Source: Nanobdellota archaeon
Lineage (GTDB): Archaea > Nanobdellota > Nanobdellia > Woesearchaeales > GW2011-AR9
Assembly: GCA_030697505.1 (NCBI GenBank)
Contig: JAUYPX010000010.1
Coordinates: 1 to 53,877 of the forward strand
Length of the DNA: 53,877 nt
Reading direction: 5' to 3'
Positions 8,601-18,743 of the stretch are shown piece by piece. Each line of letters opens with the position of its first letter. The stretch's first letter is position 1. The position numbers were made by a program, and so were the translations under genes. Under the pieces are notes generated by a model. The model saw only the letters and a list, made by a program, of their open reading frames with translations. It searched no databases and had not been told where the DNA came from.

Positions 8601-11600
8601 ATGATGTTGAAAAAAAGAGGGTTGTTTTTAGTAGTTTTAGTGTTGCTTCTAGCAGTTTACGCATCTTTTTCCGTTCTTGCAGAGACCAGCGGTTGTTATG
8701 TCTATCCACAAGGCAGTGAAGACTTCTATTGCGTCCCCGGAGTCCTGGATACGGAAGCGGAAACTGATTGCAGTCAACATGCTGATTGTGATTTAAATCA
8801 ATACTTTGTAGCAGAATCGACCTGCGCAGAGTTTAATGAGTGTCAGGAAATCACTTGCAGCGCGGATTGTCAGCTGCATGCGCGCGGCGTTTGTGCTCAG
8901 CTTGGCGGAGCGGAAGTCCCTCAAGATCAATTTTCCTACTGGTGTTCTCCTGGTTGTTGTAAAGTTGATACTTTCTGCAGCTTCAACCTGAACAGGTACC
9001 AATGCCAGAAGGAAGCCACTAATCGAGGGGTCCCTCTTTCCAATATTGTGTATGATAATAGCTTAGGCATGAGCACTGCGCAATGCAACCAGCTTTATTG
9101 CGGGGTTCAATTGGCGCCTGGCAGCCTAACCGGATCGGTCGCTGATAAAAATAATGCGCCTCTGGCAAATGTAGAAGTTTCTTTACAGGGAACGGCTCAG
9201 AAAACCACCACTAATGCAAAGGGGGCATATTCTTTTCCTTCACTCAATCCGGGCACATATTTGGTGAAAGCAACAGCATCAGGATATATCTCTTCAGCAT
9301 TTGAACTTGTTTTACCGTCAGGAAAGCAGGAGGTCAAAAACATAATCCTCACTAAATCGTCTGGGGTCGGAACTTTACAAGGAACGATCAAAAATGTCAA
9401 TCAGGTGGCGATATCTGGCGCTACTGTCTCTTGGACTGGGCCAAGCAGCGGCCAAATTGCAGCCGATGCAAATGGGTTGTATACGATCCCTAATCTTTTA
9501 CCAGGCACTTATACAGCAACAGCAAGCAAGGTAGGGTACCGACCTTTACAAAAAGTAATTATTCTGGGAGAAGGTGTTTTTGAACTTGATTTTGAGTTAG
9601 TGAGTGCCACTTTCCAAGGCGTTAAAGGAGTTGCATACTTGGATAAAAATAATAATAAAAAATTTGATGCCGAAGACGAAAAAATATTCGGTGCAAAAAT
9701 CCACATCGGCGGTATTTTCAAGGGCTTGTCGAAATATCCTGATGGAAGTTACGAGTTTTTTTTATCAGCAGGCGAATATAAAATTAGTGCTTCATACCAA
9801 GATTATAATGGTGATCAACAAGTTCTTATCAAAGAAGGATTGGGCTCAATAGTCGAGGTTCCTTTGTCAAAGTACATAGGCGAATGCAGTTTTGGCAATC
9901 CGCCCAAGGATGTGGCTCAGTTTTCCGCCAGCCATGTCAGAGGGAAAGAAGAAGTGCTTTTGCAATGGGCTAAGCCTTGCCCAGAAGTGCTCAACTATCA
10001 GATTACAAAATATGAAGGAGCTACACAGGTGGATATCTTTACCATCTCTGGAGCGGAATATGCGAAGCTTGACAGTAATGTAGAATGGGGTAAGTCGTAT
10101 AAGTATGAGATTATCGCGACATATGACGGCGGAGTTCAATCAAAAAAACCAGCGATAACTTCGATAACTTTAGGTGACAAAGCTTGTGAAGAAAGATATG
10201 GGGAAACGACAGGATGGGATCTATTTTGTACGGCGGGAGTCACGGTTGAAAGGAAAAAAATCTGGACCTGTGATGAACAAAATAAATTAATTGTTTCTCA
10301 AGATTGTTCGCTTAGTGACGGAAATGGTGAAGTATATTTCTGTTCAGAAGTAGGACAGCATAATGCCATATGTAAAGATGCAGGAGTATGCAGTTTAGGG
10401 GCCGGGCCATTCGGCTTGTATTACTCGCGTAATGAATGTTACAATCCTGGAACGGGCGCTGCTCCTGAGCAAAGCGGAGCTGCGGCATATTGTTACTACG
10501 ATTCAAGTAATTCAACTATAATCAATCAGTGCAACCGCTGTGATGCAGTAAGTAGTTGTTTTGATTATAAAAGCCAGGATGCCTGTGGCGTGAACAATTG
10601 CTTAGGAATAGAATGTCAATGGGTAAATAGCGCAGAAAAGACTCCTTTGCTGGATTATAGTAGATTATTCAAGAATTTGAATATTCCTACTACGGTAACT
10701 CCGGAAACAGGAGCAGGATATTGCGTGGAGAAAGAGTATGAAGAAGATGATCGCTGCTCACTCTGCGGTCCCGGCGGAAGTTTGTATGAGAATTATTTTT
10801 GCACAGATAAAGTCTGTTCAGCGTTGGGAGCGTGTTTCTCAAATTCAGTCACTCAGGCTAAAGCGTTGAGTTACTGCGCTTCCTGCGGCGATGAACCAAC
10901 TAGCCAGACCAACTGTTACACTTACCAATTCGAAAGCGAATGTACCGGCGGACAGAATTTTGAAAAGAATGACCGGCAGGAAATGACCCTTTCTACTGAT
11001 CAATGTGGCTGGGGAAGATGCGTGTGGAGCGGAGTATCCGGGGGGCAGGGAAGCTGCGTCAAAGACGGAGATGGAAATCTTAAAGATGATTGTGCTGTGT
11101 TTGCCAATGCCGGTGAACAGGCAGCATGTAAAGTAGATAACACCGCCCCAACAACAAAAGTAATTTTAGCCGGTGCTAATGTTCTTTCCTTGACGAAATC
11201 AAACCTGACCTTCCAAGCGAAAGATAAGGAAAGCCCATTAGGAGTGATAGGATATTGTTTATCTAATGCTGCATCAGGAAGCGCGGCAATCTGCACTTCT
11301 TTTATGGAAAAAGCGTATCCAGGAAAGTTAAAAGATGAAACGATTGTTGTCAATGTTTTAGATTCCTTAAAGGAACAAGTTCCAGGGCAAACATATGCTT
11401 TGAAATTTTATTCAAAAGACAAATATTTCAATCAGGAAAATGTCCAGACTGCTTTTGTTTATATTGATAATGTTCCTCCCCAATTTGAGATCAACCAAGA
11501 AATAAAAACGGTCGGCGATAAAACAACATTAACGGTGTACTTAGATGGAACCAGCGAACCGATGCAGTGTACTTTCAAAACCAAGCAAGTCCTGCCGGTT

Positions 11601-14600
11601 GGCGGGGAGAAAAGCATGGTCGTAGAGAGAGCCAAGCAAAAGAAAGAAGCAGTGTTCAAAGACTTAGAAGGAGTAAAGCATGAGTTAACAGTTAGCTGTG
11701 AAGATAATCAAGGAAATGTTAATATTAAGCAGAAGATGTATACATTTGATCTAGAGGAAAGGATTACCCTCATTACGCCGGAATTATATGGAGCAGTTGC
11801 TTCTACGAATATCGAATTTGAATTGGAAACCACCATCGGCGCAAGCTGTGGATTGTACCTTTCTGCTACCAACCAAAAAGCAGCTGATTTTGTCAGTGAT
11901 GAAAATGGTAAAAGTCATAAGACCGACCCTGTCCATGGATTTGTGGAGCGTGAATATGCTGCTGAGTATAAAGTGATTTGTACTGATCTGTTGAGTTCAG
12001 AGTCCTATGAAGAATTTTTACAATTTAAGGTTGATTTCAGCGCCCCCCCGACCCAGATAGTGCTGCAGGAAGGGACGAGGGTTTCTACCCCGCAAGGGTA
12101 TGGATGGGAAGAATATTTCGTAAATTCAACACAGGTTTCTTTTGAATGTAATAATGATGGTGGCTTTGAATGTGTGAAAACATATTATTGTTTAGGGGAA
12201 GGTTGCGAACTGGTCAACAGTGCTAAGTATGCTGAGTTTACACAGCTTATCAATCTACAGGAAAGCAGCTTGATATGTTATTACTCTACTGATGAAGCAG
12301 AAAATCCAGTATACCAACCAACTTGCGGGATGGTACGAATAGAGGGTTATGGCATCACTTTAGAAAAACCACCTATGTATTGGTACCAAGACCAGAAGTG
12401 GGGAATAAGCAATACCCCAGAATTTACGCTACAGTTTTACACCCGCGTTCCGACGGTAGAATGTAAATTTGATTTCGCTCCTGGATTTACGTATGGCACC
12501 ATGCCAGCACATAAAGTGTTGAAGCCTACGGCTGAAGGCAAATATGTTGTTGAGAATTTTCCGACTAGCGTGTTTTCAGAATATCCAGGGAAAGGCGGAA
12601 CAAAATCATTGTACGTGCAGTGCTTAAATTGGGAAAACAAGCTCGGTCCGGAACAGAAAGTTATGCTTGAATATGATCCAACTAAGCCTACCATAATCAG
12701 CGCCTTGGCCAGACCGGGCTTTATCGGTGAAGGGATCATGACTACTTTGATAGTGACTACTGATGATAAAACTGTTTGTAAGTTCAGCGACAATTCTGAA
12801 GATGCTGGAAGTAAGGAATTTGGTACAATGGAATATTCTTTTCCAGAAATTGAGTTTAATCAGCTAGATACCCAACATCAAACTATCTTTAACCTCAATT
12901 TTCAGGGAGCAAAAAAAGAGTATGTGCTTGCAGTAGCCTGTAAGAATGGCGCAGGAGATATTTCTGAAACTGCCGAGATTATGTTTACGGTCGATTACAG
13001 CGCTTTAGGAGCGATTAATAAGATTACGCCGAGCGGATATATTGCGCAGAAAAATGTTACGTTAGTGGTTGAAACAACCAAGAGAGCCAGGTGCGAATAT
13101 AAGCAAGGTCTGGATTATGTTCCTTTTCCAAGCGCGGCAGGCACCGTACATAGCGCATCCCTGGGCAGTTTAGAAGAGAAGAAACATATTATCCCTATCC
13201 GCTGTATGATTGAGGATCACCTTACGGAAGCTAGCGCAATATTTACGATAGATCAAACACCGCCGCGCATTTCTTTGATCAATGACGGAACCGCTAGCTG
13301 TGGAGCAGAAACGATGCCCGTGATGGTCAGCACCAATGAAAACAATATCAGCAGTTATTATTATGAGGTATACGATTTGGGAGAACTGGCGGCCAGCTCA
13401 TTTTCAACAAGCTCATCCTCGCGTCAGCAAAATGAAAATGATACCGCCAATTTTGGCAGCTCTTCCGGTTTTGGTTCCTTCGGCGCTGCTCTTGGAACCT
13501 TAGTGTTTGATGCATCGGTCGGCCCGGGATTGCCATTGGCGGTCTCCACTGCAAGCCTGCAGGAAGATCATAAGTACAAGTTGAAAGTAGCTGCTACTGA
13601 TGCAGCAGGAAATAGTGGAAGCTTAGGCGATAGTGATGGGTTTATAGTCACTTCCACAGATTACCCAGCCTGCGAAAGTGATGAAGGCGCTCCAGCAGTG
13701 ATAGTGATAATTAATGATTCTCTTCCAGAAAGCTGTACCTCTACGCCGGTGGAATTGCAATGCGGTGATGTGAATGGCTGCGGCATCAGGTATGGAAAAG
13801 CGGCTTCATCCGATCTCTGCGTGCCAACACAGGCCTACAACGGACAAAAGCTTCTCTTTGACAGATCAGGCTGGATATGTTATGCAGTGAAAGACAGCGT
13901 AGGCAATAATTATACTGGATCACAACGGATCACCCTGCTCGATACTGATGGAGATAAAGTATTGGATAGTTGTGATCAATGTTCTGGCACCGCAGCAGGA
14001 AAAGTCGTCGATGAGATCGGCTGCGCCGGCGGACAGATACCCTTGTCAGAACGAGGAAAGGATGCTGATAAGGATGGGCTGCCGGATATGTGGGAAAAAT
14101 TGTACGATGGGGAACAATGCAGTCTTGATCCTGTAAGTTTTGATTCTGATGCTAACGGAATAAGCGATACGTTAGAGGATTATGATGAGGACAGTTATAC
14201 TAATTACGAAGAGTATACAAAAGAATTCAATCCCTGCGTAGCCGAGCCAGGAAAGACAGGAGTAAGTGTTACTTCGATAAAAACTTCAGAAGAAACATTA
14301 AATGTGGTAGCATGGGTCTTCTTGCTGCTGGGATCGTTATTTGTATTGGGAGGAACGGGATATTTAGTATATTATTATACTTTCCCAGGAATGAAGCGCC
14401 AAGATAAAGGGACAGTAACAAGATCTTCGGTTACGACAGCCAGACCATCCGCTAGACCAACACCATCATTCCAACCGCAAAAAATAGTACAGTCGTGGAC
14501 GGAAAAATTAGCTTCATTGCGAAAATCGCGTGAGGAACAAGCTAAGGTCCGCGCCAGGCGGGAAGTGTTTGGAGAATTTGGAAAACAGTCAGCGCAGATA

Positions 14601-14852
14601 CCGCACTTGGAGCCGCTGCTGCGCACTCCGGCAAAAGACCATGTTTCTAAAGTTAGCACTTTAGCGCAGAGATATATGGAACATAAAGAAGAAATCAAGC
14701 CCGGTCTTCGGTCTGAAGAGAAAAGTATCTTTGCAAAATTAGAAAACATAGCCAAACAAGCGGAACAGAAAGGCACTGCTGTCGTAGGTAAAGATGAAGC
14801 AAAGGATATTTTTGAAAAATTACGCAAGATAAGCAAAAAAAGGAAGGAGTAA
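8601..14852 (+). CDS. Giant (2083 aa) Cys-rich cell-surface protein with carboxypeptidase-regulatory-like/Ig/FN3-like modules, DxDxDG Ca-binding repeats, C-terminal TM and cytoplasmic tail
   Basis: N-terminal signal peptide; repeats GxYxFxxLxPGTYxVxAxxxGY; DTDGDKVLD, DADKDGLPD, DSDANGISD; TM VAWVFLLLGSLFVLGGTGYLVYYY. Confidence 0.75.
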   Translation: MMLKKRGLFLVVLVLLLAVYASFSVLAETSGCYVYPQGSEDFYCVPGVLDTEAETDCSQHADCDLNQYFVAESTCAEFNECQEITCSADCQLHARGVCAQLGGAEVPQDQFSYWCSPGCCKVDTFCSFNLNRYQCQKEATNRGVPLSNIVYDNSLGMSTAQCNQLYCGVQLAPGSLTGSVADKNNAPLANVEVSLQGTAQKTTTNAKGAYSFPSLNPGTYLVKATASGYISSAFELVLPSGKQEVKNIILTKSSGVGTLQGTIKNVNQVAISGATVSWTGPSSGQIAADANGLYTIPNLLPGTYTATASKVGYRPLQKVIILGEGVFELDFELVSATFQGVKGVAYLDKNNNKKFDAEDEKIFGAKIHIGGIFKGLSKYPDGSYEFFLSAGEYKISASYQDYNGDQQVLIKEGLGSIVEVPLSKYIGECSFGNPPKDVAQFSASHVRGKEEVLLQWAKPCPEVLNYQITKYEGATQVDIFTISGAEYAKLDSNVEWGKSYKYEIIATYDGGVQSKKPAITSITLGDKACEERYGETTGWDLFCTAGVTVERKKIWTCDEQNKLIVSQDCSLSDGNGEVYFCSEVGQHNAICKDAGVCSLGAGPFGLYYSRNECYNPGTGAAPEQSGAAAYCYYDSSNSTIINQCNRCDAVSSCFDYKSQDACGVNNCLGIECQWVNSAEKTPLLDYSRLFKNLNIPTTVTPETGAGYCVEKEYEEDDRCSLCGPGGSLYENYFCTDKVCSALGACFSNSVTQAKALSYCASCGDEPTSQTNCYTYQFESECTGGQNFEKNDRQEMTLSTDQCGWGRCVWSGVSGGQGSCVKDGDGNLKDDCAVFANAGEQAACKVDNTAPTTKVILAGANVLSLTKSNLTFQAKDKESPLGVIGYCLSNAASGSAAICTSFMEKAYPGKLKDETIVVNVLDSLKEQVPGQTYALKFYSKDKYFNQENVQTAFVYIDNVPPQFEINQEIKTVGDKTTLTVYLDGTSEPMQCTFKTKQVLPVGGEKSMVVERAKQKKEAVFKDLEGVKHELTVSCEDNQGNVNIKQKMYTFDLEERITLITPELYGAVASTNIEFELETTIGASCGLYLSATNQKAADFVSDENGKSHKTDPVHGFVEREYAAEYKVICTDLLSSESYEEFLQFKVDFSAPPTQIVLQEGTRVSTPQGYGWEEYFVNSTQVSFECNNDGGFECVKTYYCLGEGCELVNSAKYAEFTQLINLQESSLICYYSTDEAENPVYQPTCGMVRIEGYGITLEKPPMYWYQDQKWGISNTPEFTLQFYTRVPTVECKFDFAPGFTYGTMPAHKVLKPTAEGKYVVENFPTSVFSEYPGKGGTKSLYVQCLNWENKLGPEQKVMLEYDPTKPTIISALARPGFIGEGIMTTLIVTTDDKTVCKFSDNSEDAGSKEFGTMEYSFPEIEFNQLDTQHQTIFNLNFQGAKKEYVLAVACKNGAGDISETAEIMFTVDYSALGAINKITPSGYIAQKNVTLVVETTKRARCEYKQGLDYVPFPSAAGTVHSASLGSLEEKKHIIPIRCMIEDHLTEASAIFTIDQTPPRISLINDGTASCGAETMPVMVSTNENNISSYYYEVYDLGELAASSFSTSSSSRQQNENDTANFGSSSGFGSFGAALGTLVFDASVGPGLPLAVSTASLQEDHKYKLKVAATDAAGNSGSLGDSDGFIVTSTDYPACESDEGAPAVIVIINDSLPESCTSTPVELQCGDVNGCGIRYGKAASSDLCVPTQAYNGQKLLFDRSGWICYAVKDSVGNNYTGSQRITLLDTDGDKVLDSCDQCSGTAAGKVVDEIGCAGGQIPLSERGKDADKDGLPDMWEKLYDGEQCSLDPVSFDSDANGISDTLEDYDEDSYTNYEEYTKEFNPCVAEPGKTGVSVTSIKTSEETLNVVAWVFLLLGSLFVLGGTGYLVYYYTFPGMKRQDKGTVTRSSVTTARPSARPTPSFQPQKIVQSWTEKLASLRKSREEQAKVRARREVFGEFGKQSAQIPHLEPLLRTPAKDHVSKVSTLAQRYMEHKEEIKPGLRSEEKSIFAKLENIAKQAEQKGTAVVGKDEAKDIFEKLRKISKKRKE

Positions 14853-14868
14853 ATGTATTTTAAGTCTT

Positions 14869-15405
14869 ATGGCTTTCAGAGATAAAAGGGGAATCGGAGT
14901 AGGACAGGTTTTCATTTTTATAGTCGCTGCAATTACCTTTGCGTTAATCTTGATTTTTGGATATCGGGCTATAACCGGATTCCTGAAGAGCGGAGAGGAT
15001 GTCGCTTTTGTACAGTTCAAAACTGGATTGGAAAGTTCAGTAAAAAAAATATATACTGAGTTTGGTTCAGTGCGGGTGGAACGGTATTCTGCGCCTTTAA
15101 CGTATAGCCAGATATGTTTTGTAGATCTGGATAAACCGTATGATCAGGATCTCTGCAATTTTGACCAGGTTGCCTGCAGCGTCTGGAAAGAGACTGCAGC
15201 TGCAGGAAGAGGATACGAGGGGGTGGATGAGAATGTTTTCCTTACCCCGCCCGCTCCAGTTAAAATCAAAGTATATAGGATCAGCGTAGAAGACCAAGAT
15301 GGAAAGAATTTCTTATGTATCCTCATCAAACAAGGAGCTTTCAGCATAGTGATGGAAGGAAGAGGGGATAAAACTCTGTTGTCCGTAGTGCCTCCTGCAG
15401 GTTGA
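14869..15405 (+). CDS. Type IV pilin-like protein (class III signal peptide)
   Basis: DKRG|IGVGQVFIFIVAAITFALILIFGY. Confidence 0.75.
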   Translation: MAFRDKRGIGVGQVFIFIVAAITFALILIFGYRAITGFLKSGEDVAFVQFKTGLESSVKKIYTEFGSVRVERYSAPLTYSQICFVDLDKPYDQDLCNFDQVACSVWKETAAAGRGYEGVDENVFLTPPAPVKIKVYRISVEDQDGKNFLCILIKQGAFSIVMEGRGDKTLLSVVPPAG

Positions 15406-15420
15406 GGTTAGCGAGGCAGC

Positions 15421-16539
15421 ATGGCATACGGAAAAATATCTGGGAGAAAGGGCCAGATGGAGGTCACTTTCAATTGGGTGTACATCTTGATCGCTGGCGC
15501 GGTGATATTATTATTTTTTGTAGGATTGGTGGCCAGGCAAAAAACAGTTTCAGAAGAACGGCTTTCAGGGGAAGTGGTGGAAGTGATGAGTTCCATTCTG
15601 GCCGGCGCCGGCGTTTCGGAAAAAACCAAGAATTTTATTGACGCTAGCGGATTAGCAGATTATACTTTGTATTTTTCCTGTCAGGACGGTGTAGGGGAAT
15701 TTGGCATCAAAGATCGCCCGACTAGGACACAAAATTCCATCGATCCTATCTTTGCTCCCCGGGAAGTGCAAAGTTCGCGGATAGTGACCTGGAGTTTGCC
15801 GTATACGATGCCCTTTAAAGTCATGGATTTCTTATTGGTCATCCCTTCCAATGTTAAATATTATGTGATGGGTAATGATGCAGAATTTGTACATGAATTC
15901 TTGAACTCAACCGAAGGCATTGAACGGGTTTTTGTTCTCGGGCTGGAGCAGATTGAGCCAGAAGAGAATTTACAAGTAAGGATAGTTGATACCAGCGGCG
16001 CCATCATCCCCAGTTCCGATGTTCCTGCCCAGTTGCAGCCGTTTGAAGATGCAGAAGTCAGCGCAGTCGTATTTACCGGCGTGAATCAGGTTGATTTCTA
16101 TCAAAAGCAAGGGCCAAGCTGGCAGAAAATGAATCAGAAAGCGGCGCGGGTGATTTCCTTGCCCGGTGAGAGGGATGCGGCAAAATATGCGGCAATCTTT
16201 ACCGCTGATGACGAAACGTATTGGTGCAATATGAACAAAGCGTTTACCAGGATGGAAATTTTGACTAAAGTCTATGGGGGAGAAGAGATCGCGTATGGAG
16301 AAGCAGGCGGGAAAATAGGAGAATTGCTTAGTTATTATAAAAATGATATATCCAGTGATTGCCAAGGACATCTAGAACAGTATAATGAAAATGCGCTAGA
16401 TGCGCTGACAAAATTGTCGCACGCCACTGCCGCCTGCCGATTGCAGCAGGAATCTTGCCTGGATTTGATCGAGGCAGCAGATCTGCTCAAGAAGATCAAT
16501 GATAAACTGCGCATCTCATGCAGTGTTTCATTGTATTGA
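15421..16539 (+). CDS. Type IV pilin-like protein (class III signal peptide)
   Basis: RKG|QMEVTFNWVYILIAGAVILLFF. Confidence 0.75.
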   Translation: MAYGKISGRKGQMEVTFNWVYILIAGAVILLFFVGLVARQKTVSEERLSGEVVEVMSSILAGAGVSEKTKNFIDASGLADYTLYFSCQDGVGEFGIKDRPTRTQNSIDPIFAPREVQSSRIVTWSLPYTMPFKVMDFLLVIPSNVKYYVMGNDAEFVHEFLNSTEGIERVFVLGLEQIEPEENLQVRIVDTSGAIIPSSDVPAQLQPFEDAEVSAVVFTGVNQVDFYQKQGPSWQKMNQKAARVISLPGERDAAKYAAIFTADDETYWCNMNKAFTRMEILTKVYGGEEIAYGEAGGKIGELLSYYKNDISSDCQGHLEQYNENALDALTKLSHATAACRLQQESCLDLIEAADLLKKINDKLRISCSVSLY

Positions 16540-16558
16540 TGAGAAAGGTAAAAGAAAT

Positions 16559-17065
16559 ATGAAAAGCAAAAGAATGACGCGAAAAGGACAACTGCAGATG
16601 ACGGAGACTATCGCCATTCTTTTCATATTTTTCATTCTGCTCTTGTTTGGGGTGATTTTTTATTTCCGCTACCAGAAGATCGCTTTCCAGGAGAAGCAAG
16701 AAGAATTGTTGGCTGCACGGGCCATGGAAAGTACCTTGAAAGCATTATTCATGCCGGAACTGATCTGCAGCCGAGGCGAAGCAGAACCGGAAGATAATTG
16801 TTTTGATGTTTTAAAATTAAATGCGACTCAGAAAGTGATGCAGCAATACCTTGACGAATATTATTTTGAGATATTTTCCTATGCGACTATTACGGTGCAA
16901 GAGACTTATCCCGAGAACAAAACGTGGGTATTATATAATAAGCCAAAACTGGAATTTACTCGGAAAGAGCCTACCTTCTTTGTGGTCACGTTACGGGATG
17001 AGCTGGCAGGAAAAGATCAACCTGAGTATGGGTTTGGATATGTAGCGGTGACGGTGTATTCATGA
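16559..17065 (+). CDS. Type IV pilin-like protein (class III signal peptide)
   Basis: RKG|QLQMTETIAILFIFFILLLFG; start re-assigned to the ATG at 16559. Confidence 0.75.
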   Translation: MKSKRMTRKGQLQMTETIAILFIFFILLLFGVIFYFRYQKIAFQEKQEELLAARAMESTLKALFMPELICSRGEAEPEDNCFDVLKLNATQKVMQQYLDEYYFEIFSYATITVQETYPENKTWVLYNKPKLEFTRKEPTFFVVTLRDELAGKDQPEYGFGYVAVTVYS

Positions 17066-17646
17066 AACCAGAAAGAGATACATTGGGGAGACTCTCTGTG
17101 AAAGGACAGATGGAAGCGGTCGGGTTAGTGGTGATTGTTATCCTGATCGCTCTGGGTATGCTTTTCATGGCCACATTCGCGCTGAAGTCTGAACCGCACA
17201 AGAAGATATTTACCCGAAAAGGGTTAGCATATAGCACCATGAGCGCGCTGATGAAGACGACGGTAAGCGAAGAGGCAGCTTGCTACTCTTTACGTCAAGG
17301 AGCGCCTAAAATAGGGGGAGATGTGATCGAAGATTGCGCCAAGTATAGAGATGTTGATACTTCCATATACCAATGTAAAAGCCCATATTCAGGGAAGGCT
17401 TTGCACAGCTGCGATTTTTTAGCGGAGATGATTGCATTTTCTCTGGATAATACTTTGGGAAGCTGGAATAAGAATTATGAATTTCATTCTCAACTGATTC
17501 CTTTTCAAGGGGAAGAGGCAATTGAGATAATAGAGCCGATTGTAGTAGGCGGCTGCCCTAGATGGAAGGAACGGGACAGTTCGGGTTTGTTCCCGATAAA
17601 TACGGAAGCTGGTTTAGTGGAGAATGCTCTTTATTTGTGTGATTAA
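17062..17646 (+). CDS. Type IV pilin-like protein (class III signal peptide)
   Basis: VKG|QMEAVGLVVIVILIALG; ATGA overlap with the upstream gene. Confidence 0.75.
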   Translation: MKPERDTLGRLSVKGQMEAVGLVVIVILIALGMLFMATFALKSEPHKKIFTRKGLAYSTMSALMKTTVSEEAACYSLRQGAPKIGGDVIEDCAKYRDVDTSIYQCKSPYSGKALHSCDFLAEMIAFSLDNTLGSWNKNYEFHSQLIPFQGEEAIEIIEPIVVGGCPRWKERDSSGLFPINTEAGLVENALYLCD

Positions 17647-17787
17647 GCTAGAAAACTTTATATAGGTATTTTCTTTCTTGCTTTAAAGGAAAAAGTATCA
17701 TTATATAGAGTAAAAAAACGAGGTGCAGAAGGATAACATCCTTCTTACCTCTTTTTAAGTGCAAAGCGTTAAAAACGAGGTGTGAGA

Positions 17788-18144
17788 ATGACATTTTCAA
17801 GGAAAGGGCAAGGTTTGCCGATAAACGTTATTATTGTTGCTGCTTTAGCATTGATTGTTCTGGTGGTTTTAGTGGTTATTTTTACTGGCCAAACTGGCCG
17901 ATTCACTCAAAAAGTTGGTGAAGAGACCAAGACAGAGTTATTCAAGATGCGCATTTTCTATGGTCAATGCCGGCCAGGGGAATCTTTTGAGAATACATTT
18001 ACAAAGGACTTTGATGCTGCAAGTTCAGAAGAAGCAAAAGATACCGCAAAATCAAGCTTTAGAGATGAGATTGACCGATGCAAAGAATTTACAGATAGCA
18101 AGGAGTCTTGTGAATCTGGATCAGGCTGTGTGTGGCAGAGTTGA
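17788..18144 (+). CDS. Small type IV pilin-like protein (candidate major pilin)
   Basis: RKG|QGLPINVIIVAALALIVLVVLVVIF; own TATA (tttatata ~17657) and SD gaggtg. Confidence 0.8.
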   Translation: MTFSRKGQGLPINVIIVAALALIVLVVLVVIFTGQTGRFTQKVGEETKTELFKMRIFYGQCRPGESFENTFTKDFDAASSEEAKDTAKSSFRDEIDRCKEFTDSKESCESGSGCVWQS

Positions 18145-18175
18145 GTAAGCTGAATACCGCAGGCAACGAGCTACT

Positions 18176-18436
18176 ATGATGAAAAAAGGCTACGCAGACA
18201 TATGGCCGGTAATTGCTGGCGCTTTGTTAGTATTAGTGGTAGTAGTAGTACTACTGACCTTTTATGGCCGAAGTGTCAATAAAGCTGAAGCAGGATTTTC
18301 AGCATGCGAAACGGCCGGTGGTAAATGTGTTGATGCGGGCACTTGCGGGGGAGGCAAGGAAGGAGGAACCCGCTCGCCTTTTGAGTGTAAGGAAGGAGAA
18401 GAATGCTGTCTCGGCATGAAGAAAGCTATAGCATGA
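18176..18436 (+). CDS. Small Cys-rich pilin-like protein
   Basis: KKG|YADIWPVIAGALLVLVVVVVLL; six-Cys C-terminal domain CxxxGGxC...C...CC. Confidence 0.7.
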   Translation: MMKKGYADIWPVIAGALLVLVVVVVLLTFYGRSVNKAEAGFSACETAGGKCVDAGTCGGGKEGGTRSPFECKEGEECCLGMKKAIA

Positions 18437-18446
18437 GCAGAAGATC

Positions 18447-18575
18447 ATGAGATGGCACAAGAAAGCGATGAACAATGAAGCAATAATATTAATTATTATT
18501 GTTCTCTTGGCGGCAATCGCTTTTTTTGTTATCGCGTACGGATTGCAACAGAAATTTGCACCGTTATCACCGTGA
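18447..18575 (+). CDS. 42-aa micro-pilin-like protein (not in the ORF track)
   Basis: Hand translation MRWHKKA|MNNEAIILIIIVLLAAIAFFVIAYGLQQKFAPLSP*. Confidence 0.6.
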   Translation: MRWHKKAMNNEAIILIIIVLLAAIAFFVIAYGLQQKFAPLSP

Positions 18576-18594
18576 AGAATCGTGGAAAACCATC

Positions 18595-18741
18595 ATGAAG
18601 TTAAAAAAAGGACAATCAGAAATGAGCAAAATAATATGGTGGGTAGTCCTACTTATTTTCTTGTTAGTAGCAGGATATCTGTATTTTACACTTAAAGGTG
18701 AAGGAGCAGGGTTGTTGGATAAATTCTTCAATCTGTTTTAA
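18595..18741 (+). CDS. 48-aa micro-pilin-like protein
   Basis: MKLKKG|QSEMSKIIWWVVLLIFLLVAGYLYF; start re-assigned to the ATG at 18595. Confidence 0.65.
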   Translation: MKLKKGQSEMSKIIWWVVLLIFLLVAGYLYFTLKGEGAGLLDKFFNLF

Positions 18742-18743
18742 CC

